Positions 1 to 7,875 of a stretch of DNA of 64,000 nt are shown here, in pieces (the first letter of the stretch is position 1; every line of letters starts with the position of its first letter). The notes under the pieces are model-generated. The model was not told where the DNA came from. It saw nothing but the letters and a program-made list of their open reading frames with translations, and did no database searches. This stretch comes from a virus: IMG/VR virus record IMGVR_UViG_3300045988_172778, positions 1 to 64,000 of that record. The stretch is one strand, 5' to 3'. Both the position numbers and the translations under genes were made by a program.

Positions 1-120
1 AGGAAAGAAAATGCGCCCTGGGGGTTAAATAGCCCGCATAGTAAGGGCTGCTGGGTCTTTATTTATAGTGGCAGAGGGCAGTCCACTTTCGATTATTCAA
101 CGGTTACTTCGAGAAACCCG

Positions 121-153
121 TGGAACATCCGCGTTTTTAAGGCGGTGCGGATG
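121..153. repeat. Conserved intergenic hairpin element, copy 1
   Basis: TGGAACATCCGCGTT is identical to 12791-12805. 7-bp stem CATCCGC(126-132)/GCGGATG(147-153). Confidence 0.6.
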
Positions 154-176
154 AAAGACCACCGTGTTGTTACGGG

Positions 177-266
177 TTAGCGACGGTTGTCCCCGCCGCC
201 GTGCATGTAATAGCAAAACATCACGAAAATAATCGAGGCTATAAACAGCCAACCGAAACCAGCCAT
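177..266 (-). CDS. Tiny predicted membrane peptide (29 aa)
   Basis: MAGFGWLFIASIIFVMFCYYMHGGGDNRR. GGAGG 7 nt upstream of the ATG. Below the ORF-track size cutoff. Confidence 0.3.
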   Translation of the reverse strand: MAGFGWLFIASIIFVMFCYYMHGGGDNRR

Positions 267-353
267 GTTAGAACCTCCTGTTATTGTCTTGAATTGATTT
301 CACTAACACATAAATACCAACAAACAATATAAACCACGCAAGTACCACTCACA

Positions 354-548
354 TCACCTCCTTTCCGTGAAAATTACGATGTTTCCATCTCTTTGTGTGA
401 TGAACGTAACCTCATCGAATTCATGTTCGTTGAAGTAATCGACCTTGCTTTTTGTCGTAAGATTGAGCTCATCGCCGTTGCCGTCATTTGGCACGACTTT
501 TACCTCGCACCAATCATCCAATATTCTGTTAAGTTCACCGAGTGTCAT
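354..548 (-). CDS. hypothetical protein (64 aa)
   Basis: ORF with AGGAGG 9 nt upstream. The upstream ORF's stop abuts the start (TGATATG). Confidence 0.6.
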   Translation of the reverse strand: MTLGELNRILDDWCEVKVVPNDGNGDELNLTTKSKVDYFNEHEFDEVTFITQRDGNIVIFTERR

Positions 549-549
549 A

Positions 550-759
550 TCAAAGAACCTCCTTTAATTTTTTCATCAAATTCGAGTAAAACTCGTTCAT
601 CTCTTTCGCGTGTTCGAGCGCCTTGTCGTATTCTTCGTCGTAGCGCCCGAGTCTGTTGTAAGCGATTTCGAGTTTGTAGCGTTCGCACTCAAACTTCTTT
701 ACTTGATAGCACACGCAAGCAATCACTTTTTCTTTTTCGAGTTCTGTTAATTTTTCCAT
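550..759 (-). CDS. hypothetical protein (69 aa)
   Basis: ORF with GGAGGTAAAATAAC-ATG. Confidence 0.6.
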   Translation of the reverse strand: MEKLTELEKEKVIACVCYQVKKFECERYKLEIAYNRLGRYDEEYDKALEHAKEMNEFYSNLMKKLKEVL

Positions 760-760
760 G

Positions 761-1015
761 TTATTTTACCTCCAAGGTTGTTAATCTGTCGAAAACACAG
801 TTCCCGTTCTTCGTGAAATGATAAGCGAGAACTTTCCAATCGCCTTCCCAAGTCCACGAAACCTCCCAACCGAGAGCTGCGTTTGTCGCGGTTTTACCGA
901 CGAGAGTTTTGCCATCTTCTGTTTCCGTTATTAGGCGGCGGCAAGGGTTGCCGTAAATGCTGTTGTTAAGTTTTTCTACTTTTAAGATTTTGAGTTTTGC
1001 TTTAAATTCTTTCAT
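761..1015 (-). CDS. hypothetical protein (84 aa)
   Basis: ORF with AAGGAG SD. Confidence 0.6.
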   Translation of the reverse strand: MKEFKAKLKILKVEKLNNSIYGNPCRRLITETEDGKTLVGKTATNAALGWEVSWTWEGDWKVLAYHFTKNGNCVFDRLTTLEVK

Positions 1016-1028
1016 AATTTTTCTCCTT

Positions 1029-1301
1029 TTAAATATTCAAAGATTTTCTGACTTCGATTATGAGCAAGCCCGTTATGTCGTTATACGAAATAAAACTATA
1101 TTCCGTGTACCAAGCGCCAGGTTCGACAAAGTAATGCGGATTCTCGAAGCCGAAACGTTCCATAATCATTTCAGGCGACATTGCTTGCTCTTCGATGTTA
1201 TCCATCTCATCTTCCGACAAGCGGTAAACTTCGAGATAAACGAGAGATTCGCAATCGGGTTCATAGGGTGTGTAAGTTCCAGATTTAGTTAAAAATTCCA
1301 T
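1029..1301 (-). CDS. hypothetical protein (90 aa)
   Basis: Start moved to the internal ATG (MEFLTKSG), which is preceded by GGAGGTAAAATAT. Confidence 0.6.
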   Translation of the reverse strand: MEFLTKSGTYTPYEPDCESLVYLEVYRLSEDEMDNIEEQAMSPEMIMERFGFENPHYFVEPGAWYTEYSFISYNDITGLLIIEVRKSLNI

Positions 1302-1316
1302 ATATTTTACCTCCAA

Positions 1317-1718
1317 TTAAAAATTGCATTTCAAAATTTCGATAAGCATCGAATTGTGGTCGACGTGTTGGATATAGACAAACCCGTTGATTTCTTCGTT
1401 GTACCATTTCAACGCCTCTTCGAGGTCGCACGTGCTATCAACCGTGCAGATTTCTCCGTTGGGCGCATCAAGTGTGATGACTTCGTAGTGAGCCGCGAAT
1501 TCCGTAAAGTTGAGTTCGAGTTTGTCGAGATATTTGAGCTCTTCTTTCGTCGGGATTTTGTCATCTTCATAGTATTCAAGCACTGCGGCAAAACGCCATT
1601 CCGACAAATCGTCATCATCTGCTTCGGACAGGTAGCCTTTGCAGTTCTTGAGGAAATTAGCGCGGTATCTTACATCCTCTTCTACAAACATTTCAAGTCC
1701 TGATTTAAAGTTTTCCAT
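1317..1718 (-). CDS. hypothetical acidic protein (133 aa)
   Basis: ORF with AAAGGAG SD. Confidence 0.65.
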   Translation of the reverse strand: MENFKSGLEMFVEEDVRYRANFLKNCKGYLSEADDDDLSEWRFAAVLEYYEDDKIPTKEELKYLDKLELNFTEFAAHYEVITLDAPNGEICTVDSTCDLEEALKWYNEEINGFVYIQHVDHNSMLIEILKCNF

Positions 1719-1730
1719 AATAACTCCTTT

Positions 1731-1766
1731 GCGGTGGAATAACCGCCACCGCTCGGTTTTTATTTT
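1731..1766 (+). terminator. Hairpin plus T-run, oriented as a plus-strand (antisense) intrinsic terminator
   Basis: GCGGTGG(1731-1737)/CCACCGC(1746-1752) followed by TCGGTTTTTATTTT. On the minus strand the hairpin sits directly before the SD of 1317-1718. Confidence 0.4.
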
Positions 1767-2154
1767 ACTTTTTTAAGTTTATTTTAGACAAAAGAACTTT
1801 TTCCCTAAAAGAGAAATCTTCGTCTTTGCCTTTAAAGGTATCTTTTATATACCCTATATAATTATACTTTTCTTTTAGCTCTTCTATGTCTTTTACTACT
1901 TCTCTATATTCATCATCTGATAAATCTTTGAGATGTTTTTTATCCCATTTTTTCCAAAATTGTCTCGCAATTGAATTTTCTGGTAAAAGTTGATCTTGGG
2001 CTTGTCCGCAACGTTTATAGTCTCTTTTATTCTTAAAAAATTCATTCGCCTTTGTTGCGAAGTAGGGGTTTTCGTTATTCTCTAATGTGTAATACTCTAC
2101 TTCAAATATAACTAATTTTGTTATTTGAAAATAATATTTGAATTCTTTTTTCAT
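1765..2154 (-). CDS. hypothetical protein (129 aa), visibly AT-rich gene
   Basis: ORF with AAAAGGAG SD. By eye its composition is more AT-rich than its neighbours. Confidence 0.65.
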   Translation of the reverse strand: MKKEFKYYFQITKLVIFEVEYYTLENNENPYFATKANEFFKNKRDYKRCGQAQDQLLPENSIARQFWKKWDKKHLKDLSDDEYREVVKDIEELKEKYNYIGYIKDTFKGKDEDFSFREKVLLSKINLKK

Positions 2155-2210
2155 ACAACTCCTTTTCGGCTCTTGACGTATGAGAGTGTCCCGACGTATG
2201 TTGATTAGTT
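2155..2210 (-). repeat. Conserved intergenic motif, copy A (CTAATCAA..GGGACACT..GCCGAAAAGGAG)
   Basis: Aligns with 5585-5642 when read on the minus strand. It begins at a stop codon and ends at the next SD. Confidence 0.55.
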
Positions 2211-2404
2211 ATTTAAAGCTTCCAAATAAGCTTTGTATTGAGCCATCACGTTTTGCAGCGCTTGCTTACTTTCCTCATCAAATTGAGAAGAGTAATAGTT
2301 AATCGCTGTGCATGCCCAAGAGACAAAATTTTGCTTTTCTTCGGTTGTGCCAGTTTTGCGACTTCGATTGCGTCATTGATTGCTTGTTGTAATTCTTTAT
2401 CCAT
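2205..2404 (-). pseudogene. Small ORF needing a -1 frame change (or a homopolymer error)
   Basis: Frame 0 reads MDKELQQAINDAIEVAKLAQ, then runs into nonsense. The -1 frame reads EEKQNFVSWACTAINYYSSQFDEESKQALQNVMAQYKAYLEALNN-stop. The switch lies near GAAGAAAAGCAAAATTTTG. Confidence 0.35.
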
Positions 2405-2418
2405 AATATTTTACCTCC

Positions 2419-2793
2419 TTAATATTCCGAAATAATGATATAAACATCGCCGATTCTGTTTACCCATTCGCTGTCGAGCGGGTCGCATTCATCATCTGGC
2501 AAATTCCATTCCGTCAAAACGTATTTTATCGCGTCCGATTTGCTCCCGATAAAATCACAATTGCAAACGAGCCAATTCATCAAATCAGGAACGGTTTCAA
2601 AGCTTTTGAGCATTTCGATGTAACCTTGATATTGCTCTTCGAACGTCGGGTCGGTATCGTCATATCTTTCGAGCGGAAGGTAATCGAGATAATTTTTGTC
2701 GGAATCGAAGAGTTTCACTCTATCTTGCTCTTCGCGGTTTCCGAGTTCTTCGATGTAAAAGTCGCCTAAATAGTTGTTATTGATTTTACGCAT
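2419..2793 (-). CDS. hypothetical protein (124 aa)
   Basis: ORF with AAAGGAGGTAAAGAAC-ATG. Confidence 0.65.
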   Translation of the reverse strand: MRKINNNYLGDFYIEELGNREEQDRVKLFDSDKNYLDYLPLERYDDTDPTFEEQYQGYIEMLKSFETVPDLMNWLVCNCDFIGSKSDAIKYVLTEWNLPDDECDPLDSEWVNRIGDVYIIISEY

Positions 2794-2814
2794 GTTCTTT
2801 ACCTCCTTTATGCG

Positions 2815-3027
2815 TTAAATTTCCATTAAGTATTCGTCGCCCATGCAATTCGGGCAACCTTTGAAAACTTCATGTCTTACAGTTTTCGTGTCTTCGGGAA
2901 CGGGACCTTGCAGGACAAACCTGTCGATCGAGTGCCATTCGCCGTCGATAAGTTCAGTCTTTTCGACAATGTAAGATAAGTCGTTTTCGGTTTCAAAGAT
3001 TTCTTCACAATTGCAACATTTTATCAT
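2815..3027 (-). CDS. small zinc-ribbon protein (70 aa)
   Basis: CCNC...CPNC cysteine pairs. SD AAAGGAGG. Confidence 0.6.
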   Translation of the reverse strand: MIKCCNCEEIFETENDLSYIVEKTELIDGEWHSIDRFVLQGPVPEDTKTVRHEVFKGCPNCMGDEYLMEI

Positions 3028-3048
3028 AAATTTTGCCTCCTTTATGCG

Positions 3049-3360
3049 TTAAATTTCTTTGTTTAAATACAATTGTTGTTTGTATTTTCTATGTTCGCGC
3101 ATTATCGCAGCCCACTCTTCTTTTGTGGGGCGATAATCTTTCCAGTGTTTTTTTATTCGTTCGTCTTGTTTGCGCTTTATTTCTGGATTAACGATTAACT
3201 GAATTGTTTTACGACTTACACCGAATTGTTTTGCAAGAGGGCGAGTTCCAACCCCGCCCTCTGCATATATTGATTTGATTTGTTCTTTTTGGTCATCGGT
3301 TAATTTGCGCCGACGATCTTTTTCTGGTGGCAATTTAATTTTTTCTGATTTGTATGGCAT
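3049..3360 (-). CDS. helix-turn-helix DNA-binding protein (resolvase/Hin-type HTH)
   Basis: GTRPLAKQFGVSRKTIQLIV preceded by a basic region. SD AAGGAG. Confidence 0.55.
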   Translation of the reverse strand: MPYKSEKIKLPPEKDRRRKLTDDQKEQIKSIYAEGGVGTRPLAKQFGVSRKTIQLIVNPEIKRKQDERIKKHWKDYRPTKEEWAAIMREHRKYKQQLYLNKEI

Positions 3361-3372
3361 TTTATATCTCCT

Positions 3373-3765
3373 TTATACGTTTATTTCGTAAGTGCAGTTT
3401 TCAAGATTGATTTCGTTATAGTGATTACAAATCATATCAATCAAATCAATCTCATATTGATATTTCTTCAACTCTTCTTTATGATCGAGCCAACCCTCAA
3501 GTGTGTCGGGAATGTCGTCGCAACTAAATCCGAGTTCATCAACCCAGACGTTGCACAAATCTTCGTCGATGTAATCATCGATATAAATCGACATTCTTTC
3601 GAAGATTTGTTCTGCTGTCTCGAAGCGGTCATCTTCGATGTCGCCTATATTCGCTCCTTGACGATCTTCCAACCCGAAGCCGTCTTCGTACTTGATTAAC
3701 GAAAATTCCGTTAATTCGAGAAAAGAGTCAAAAAGTTTTTCGTATTTGTTTTGGTTTTTGTTCAT
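3373..3765 (-). CDS. hypothetical acidic protein (130 aa)
   Basis: ORF with GGAGGTATAAAAA-ATG. Confidence 0.65.
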   Translation of the reverse strand: MNKNQNKYEKLFDSFLELTEFSLIKYEDGFGLEDRQGANIGDIEDDRFETAEQIFERMSIYIDDYIDEDLCNVWVDELGFSCDDIPDTLEGWLDHKEELKKYQYEIDLIDMICNHYNEINLENCTYEINV

Positions 3766-3768
3766 TTT

Positions 3769-4005
3769 TTATACCTCCAAATTTTCTATTATTCTGTAAA
3801 CCGCGAATTCGCGAATTTTATAACAAAGCCCGTTATTGGGGTCATTTGTCTTTTGGTAATCGTCGGTGCGATAAGCGATTTTATAAATTTCGCACAATGT
3901 TTCGATGTTTTTGTTGCCATCGCACATCGCCATAAAAGACAAATCATCGACTGTGGAAGCCCAACCATCTGTTTCTAATCTTCTCATAAATTCTGCCTGT
4001 GTCAT
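3769..4005 (-). CDS. hypothetical protein (78 aa)
   Basis: ORF with AAAGGAGG SD. Confidence 0.6.
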   Translation of the reverse strand: MTQAEFMRRLETDGWASTVDDLSFMAMCDGNKNIETLCEIYKIAYRTDDYQKTNDPNNGLCYKIREFAVYRIIENLEV

Positions 4006-4017
4006 AATAAACCTCCT

Positions 4018-4335
4018 TTAATTAAAATTTTCTTCTGGAATGTTTGGACAGTAATCTTCATGAAACGTTATGTGAAAACAAGATTTATCGTCTTGCTTCA
4101 TTCTCCCATCGTCATCATAATACTCCAGATCTTCCATGTATGTTTGCCCACGATTTACGCATTCTAAACTTCTTAGAAATTCAAGAATCGCGTGCTTGTT
4201 TTTTATAAGAAAATCGTATTCTGCGCCCTTGAACTCATTGAAATAAATGGTGTATTTCCCATCGCGAGTTTCGAGCCTGCCTTTGATTTCGATTTTGCTT
4301 ACAAATTGCTGTAATTGAGCTTTGATAAAAATCAT
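4018..4335 (-). CDS. hypothetical protein (105 aa)
   Basis: Start moved to the ATG (MIFIKAQ) preceded by GAGGAGG. Confidence 0.6.
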   Translation of the reverse strand: MIFIKAQLQQFVSKIEIKGRLETRDGKYTIYFNEFKGAEYDFLIKNKHAILEFLRSLECVNRGQTYMEDLEYYDDDGRMKQDDKSCFHITFHEDYCPNIPEENFN

Positions 4336-4346
4336 AATAAACCTCC

Positions 4347-4547
4347 TCAGATTTTCTCTTCTTCCCAGCCGAACCATTTGTATGCTTCGACCATTTTGCT
4401 GATTGCCGACTTTTCGACCTTTATCGGTTCTCCGTAAAAACTCACGAAATCGCGATAAAACTTGCGGTTTGCAACGTCGACGCGAAGCCGCGCCGTATTG
4501 CCGTTTTTGTCTGTTTTACCTTTAAATTCGATAATTTCTGCTGTCAT
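4347..4547 (-). CDS. hypothetical protein (66 aa)
   Basis: Start moved to the ATG (MTAEIIEF) preceded by CGGAGG. Confidence 0.55.
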   Translation of the reverse strand: MTAEIIEFKGKTDKNGNTARLRVDVANRKFYRDFVSFYGEPIKVEKSAISKMVEAYKWFGWEEEKI

Positions 4548-4582
4548 TAATAAACCTCCGATTTTATTCAGAAAAAGATGGG

Positions 4583-4993
4583 TTATAAGCCCATCTTTTT
4601 CCATTTTTCTTCAAGAGCCTTTTCATTCAGCTCTTTTAAGTGTGCAAGCAATCCTTCCGAGAGAACTACCTTTTCGTCGTGAGTGTTGATTTTGCGAAGT
4701 TCTTCTTTTTCTTCATCAGTCAAGTCATCTTTGTATAACGTTCTGATGATGTCGATAAGTTCGCCGTAAATGTCAGCCGAGAACGAATAACCATATCCGT
4801 GACGACCTTTTCCGTAATAAGTCGTGAAATTACCGAAGCTTTGAAGAACTTCCATATAAGTTATATTTCCACGCTTCTTGTGGTCGATGTCGGTTACAAT
4901 GAAATACGGCTGAACGAACGGACGTTCTTTGCTTTCTATCGTGATGAAGAAATAGTCGGGTTTGCCTGCTTTGTAAATACTGTTGAATTCCAT
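4583..4993 (-). CDS. hypothetical protein (136 aa)
   Basis: ORF with TAGGAGGAATTCTTAT-ATG. Confidence 0.65.
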   Translation of the reverse strand: MEFNSIYKAGKPDYFFITIESKERPFVQPYFIVTDIDHKKRGNITYMEVLQSFGNFTTYYGKGRHGYGYSFSADIYGELIDIIRTLYKDDLTDEEKEELRKINTHDEKVVLSEGLLAHLKELNEKALEEKWKKMGL

Positions 4994-5161
4994 ATAAGAA
5001 TTCCTCCTAAAAATTTATTTGCGATTTGCGGATTGCTGTACGAGACCGCAGGCTCGCTTGCCCACCAGACGCTTTACCACTTCGGCAGGGACGTCTAAGC
5101 CCATTCAACGCTTTCGCGAGGAGTGCCTAATTCAGATTTGTCTAATCGTGATTTGACGATT

Positions 5162-5584
5162 TTAGTAATGCCAAGTGCAAATCAGTTCGTGATCAGTTTT
5201 ATCGATTACCTTGCATAAGCGACCATAATCAATATCGCCGAATTCATCGAGGAAACCGACTCTTATCCAATCTCCGACTTTGATATATAACGGAGCAGTG
5301 TCTCTTTTGAAGGTAATTTGATTACCTTCGCCGTAATGGTATTCGTCGGCAGTCACTTTCCAATCGACACCCCAATCATCATCGTCATCCTCTTCCTCTT
5401 CTTCGTCTTCTTCGTCTTCGAACGGGTCAAAACCCCAATCTTTTAAGTCTTCATCGGTTATCCCGATATCAGTTCCGAGCGTTAAGAGACGTTCGTAAGT
5501 TTCTTCTGCGGAGGTTTCTTCGCATAAATCGTTTACGAGTGCTTCGAGCAATTCTGCCTTTTTCTGTAATTCTAAGTTTTTCAT
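5162..5584 (-). CDS. highly acidic protein (140 aa)
   Basis: Start at MKNLELQ, preceded by AAAGGAA. Contains FEDEEDEEEEEDDDDDWG. Confidence 0.6.
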   Translation of the reverse strand: MKNLELQKKAELLEALVNDLCEETSAEETYERLLTLGTDIGITDEDLKDWGFDPFEDEEDEEEEEDDDDDWGVDWKVTADEYHYGEGNQITFKRDTAPLYIKVGDWIRVGFLDEFGDIDYGRLCKVIDKTDHELICTWHY

Positions 5585-5642
5585 AATAATTCCTTTTTCG
5601 GCTTTCAAGCAGGAAAGTGTCCCAAGGCTGTTTTGATTAGAG
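5585..5642 (-). repeat. Conserved intergenic motif, copy B
   Basis: CTAATCAAAACAGCCTTGGGACACTTTCCTGCTTGAAAGCCGAAAAAGGA on the minus strand. Aligns with 2155-2210. Confidence 0.55.
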
Positions 5643-6194
5643 AATTCCTTCGTCTTCGAGGGCTGTCTCGATGTCATCCATTGTGATACATACTTCGCAA
5701 TCTTCAGGGATCTCCCTGTCACAAGTTCTGTCATCTGTATATTTGATTACAACGGCTGGCGTATCTCCTCCATAAATTTCCGATTCGAAAAGTACGTAGG
5801 TTACACCGTTATGCGTTAAGTGGTCGATTTCATACCAAGTGCCGATTCGTCCCTCGATTCTGATATTATCGAGTTTCATATGCGGCAGTCTTTCGCGGTC
5901 TAAAACCAACTCATCTTTCAACGGAGTATAATCGATAAGATACTCGTTCCAAACCGCTTCGGTTATGTCTTCGCAATCGTCGAAGATTGTTTCGAGAAGC
6001 CAACGAAGTTGTTCGTTGGTATCTTTAATCGCCGATTGCCCGTAATATCGCCAACTAATGAATTTCGACGGATAAGGCGAGTGGAAGATTGCTCCTCCAA
6101 ACGCCTTGCCGTTCTTTTGCACGGGAATGTAGATTTTCCCGTTGTTGATGTTTCTGCGGATTTCCGCAATTTCCTGATTTGTGAATTTACGCAT
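5637..6194 (-). CDS. hypothetical protein (185 aa)
   Basis: Start moved to MRKFTNQ, preceded by TAAGGAGGTAATAAAC. Confidence 0.65.
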   Translation of the reverse strand: MRKFTNQEIAEIRRNINNGKIYIPVQKNGKAFGGAIFHSPYPSKFISWRYYGQSAIKDTNEQLRWLLETIFDDCEDITEAVWNEYLIDYTPLKDELVLDRERLPHMKLDNIRIEGRIGTWYEIDHLTHNGVTYVLFESEIYGGDTPAVVIKYTDDRTCDREIPEDCEVCITMDDIETALEDEGIL

Positions 6195-6207
6195 GTTTAT
6201 TACCTCC

Positions 6208-6498
6208 TTATGCGTTTTCTTTTGAAGTTTGTACGCGAGTGCATAATTCATAACTGCTTGTGCCATCGCTGTTGCTCGAACGATAATATTCGTCCGTATT
6301 TTTGAGAATTTCGTTTTCTCTATCTTCATCGATTAAAAATGCGATATCTTGATGTTTAAGTTCTTCGAATTTCTCCATCATATCTTCTTCAGTGTCGAAG
6401 ATATAAACAATGTAGTCGACTGCTAAATCATCGACGCAAGTTGCGAATAAGACATAAATTTCTTTTTGCGATTTTGTACAGTTTTTAACAGTAAGCAT
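6208..6498 (-). CDS. hypothetical protein, tandem paralogue 1 (96 aa)
   Basis: Shares Y-I/V-x-F-D-x-E-x-x-x-x-EKFE-L..D..FL and a C-terminal KNA with 6510-6785. Confidence 0.65.
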   Translation of the reverse strand: MLTVKNCTKSQKEIYVLFATCVDDLAVDYIVYIFDTEEDMMEKFEELKHQDIAFLIDEDRENEILKNTDEYYRSSNSDGTSSYELCTRVQTSKENA

Positions 6499-6509
6499 AT
6501 TTTACCTCC

Positions 6510-6785
6510 TTATGCGTTTTTAGTTGTTAACAAATCGAGTGTATAGTGACTTTCGGCATAATCGCCTTCAGGATAGGATTGATACCAATACCCATCTCTT
6601 TCGATTACGTCATCTCTTTCCTCTTCTTTAAGGAACTCTGTGTCATCTGCGGCAAGTTGCTCAAATTTTTCGTGTGCTGCTTTTTCATTGTCGAAAATGA
6701 ATGTTTCGATTTCTTCGTAACCTTCCGAACAGCTGTTTTCAATAATGATGTAAAGTTCTGTTTTGTTTGTTCTTAAATCGTTCAT
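6510..6785 (-). CDS. hypothetical protein, tandem paralogue 2 (91 aa)
   Basis: Similar to 6208-6498. SD is present. Confidence 0.65.
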   Translation of the reverse strand: MNDLRTNKTELYIIIENSCSEGYEEIETFIFDNEKAAHEKFEQLAADDTEFLKEEERDDVIERDGYWYQSYPEGDYAESHYTLDLLTTKNA

Positions 6786-6845
6786 GGCTTAAAGCCCTCC
6801 TAAAAATATTTTTGCCCGTTTATGGTCGATAGCGCAACCAGGTTT

Positions 6846-7559
6846 TTAATCGATTTCTTCGATTTCTGCGATTTCGAAGCCGAAGTATTCTTCCACGTCT
6901 TCCAATGTCGGGCTATAAAACCCGCCCATTGAATCGACCACTTCGCCTTCCTCGACGATTTCGCGGCTCAATTCCTTGCCGTCCATTGATTGTCTGATTA
7001 CGACGGTCGGTTCGTAAAGCGTCCACTCATAAACGTTTCCTTCGAGGAAGTCACTATAAGTTTCGACTTCACTTTTGAGTGTTTCTTTCGCCTTTTCTTT
7101 CCAACCTTCTTCGTCTTTTAAACACGTTTGTGCGAGGTAGAAGTCCTTTTCGACGAAAATCAATCCTACGAACGAACTGTCCCAAGCGTCGAATCGATAA
7201 GTTTGCATCGAAATTCCGCTATGGTCAGTAATGTAAAGTGGTAATCCGCAAATGTTGTCTTGATTGAGAATGAACTGGATTTCTTCGGCGAACGTCATTT
7301 CGTCGATTTCCTCGTCGCTCTTCCCGTATTTGCGGCAAATTTCCGCGAGTTGCTCTTCGGTTTCTCTGTTGGTATTGCAATCGCCGAGTTGATAATGCCG
7401 ATTACGGCAAAGCATCGTTCCGAGGTTGTCCCACGAACGCGGGTCTTCCAAGAGTTCATCTTGCTCGATTACGAGACGGAGTTTTCTTCCGTCGGTGGTG
7501 GTGATAGAGAATTTGTCGCCTGCGTAAAGTTTTGTGGTTTTGTTAATCGTTTTAGTCAT
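6846..7559 (-). CDS. hypothetical protein (237 aa)
   Basis: Long ORF with GGAGGTATAAAAA-ATG. Confidence 0.7.
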   Translation of the reverse strand: MTKTINKTTKLYAGDKFSITTTDGRKLRLVIEQDELLEDPRSWDNLGTMLCRNRHYQLGDCNTNRETEEQLAEICRKYGKSDEEIDEMTFAEEIQFILNQDNICGLPLYITDHSGISMQTYRFDAWDSSFVGLIFVEKDFYLAQTCLKDEEGWKEKAKETLKSEVETYSDFLEGNVYEWTLYEPTVVIRQSMDGKELSREIVEEGEVVDSMGGFYSPTLEDVEEYFGFEIAEIEEID

Positions 7560-7578
7560 TTTTTATACCTCCTATGAC

Positions 7579-7854
7579 TTATTCTTTTTCGATTTTGAGA
7601 TTGTAACATTCAATCCCCATTTCTTCCCACATCGCGTCGAAGAAGCATTTATTCATCGCTCTTACATCTAACAATGTGAGTTTTGCCGAGAATGCGATTT
7701 CGTAACTAAGGAAATTCTGACGAAGCTCTAAATCTGCGAGATCGTATATATCCATTGCTTCGTTCATTGTGTCGTAAAAGCATTTATTCATTGCTCTTAC
7801 GTCGTCTGCGGTGAGTTCCGCGTTAAAGGTTATTTTGTACCATTTTTTAGTCAT
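7579..7854 (-). CDS. hypothetical protein with internal tandem duplication (91 aa)
   Basis: AELTADDVRAMNKCFYDTMNEAM and AKLTLLDVRAMNKCFFDAMWEEM form two half-repeats. Confidence 0.65.
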   Translation of the reverse strand: MTKKWYKITFNAELTADDVRAMNKCFYDTMNEAMDIYDLADLELRQNFLSYEIAFSAKLTLLDVRAMNKCFFDAMWEEMGIECYNLKIEKE

Positions 7855-7875
7855 TTTGTTACCTCCTAATGACTT

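Noticed and set aside
2180-2195. GGGACACT(C/T)T as an SP6/T7-like single-subunit RNAP promoter
   Set aside because: Only two copies exist, the resemblance to GTGACACTATAG is short, and the phage polymerase here is of the unrelated two-barrel type.
4994-5161. tRNA or tmRNA in the large early-region gap
   Set aside because: There is no GTTCRANNC T-loop, no cloverleaf-compatible acceptor/anticodon arrangement and no CCA-adjacent stem that I could find.
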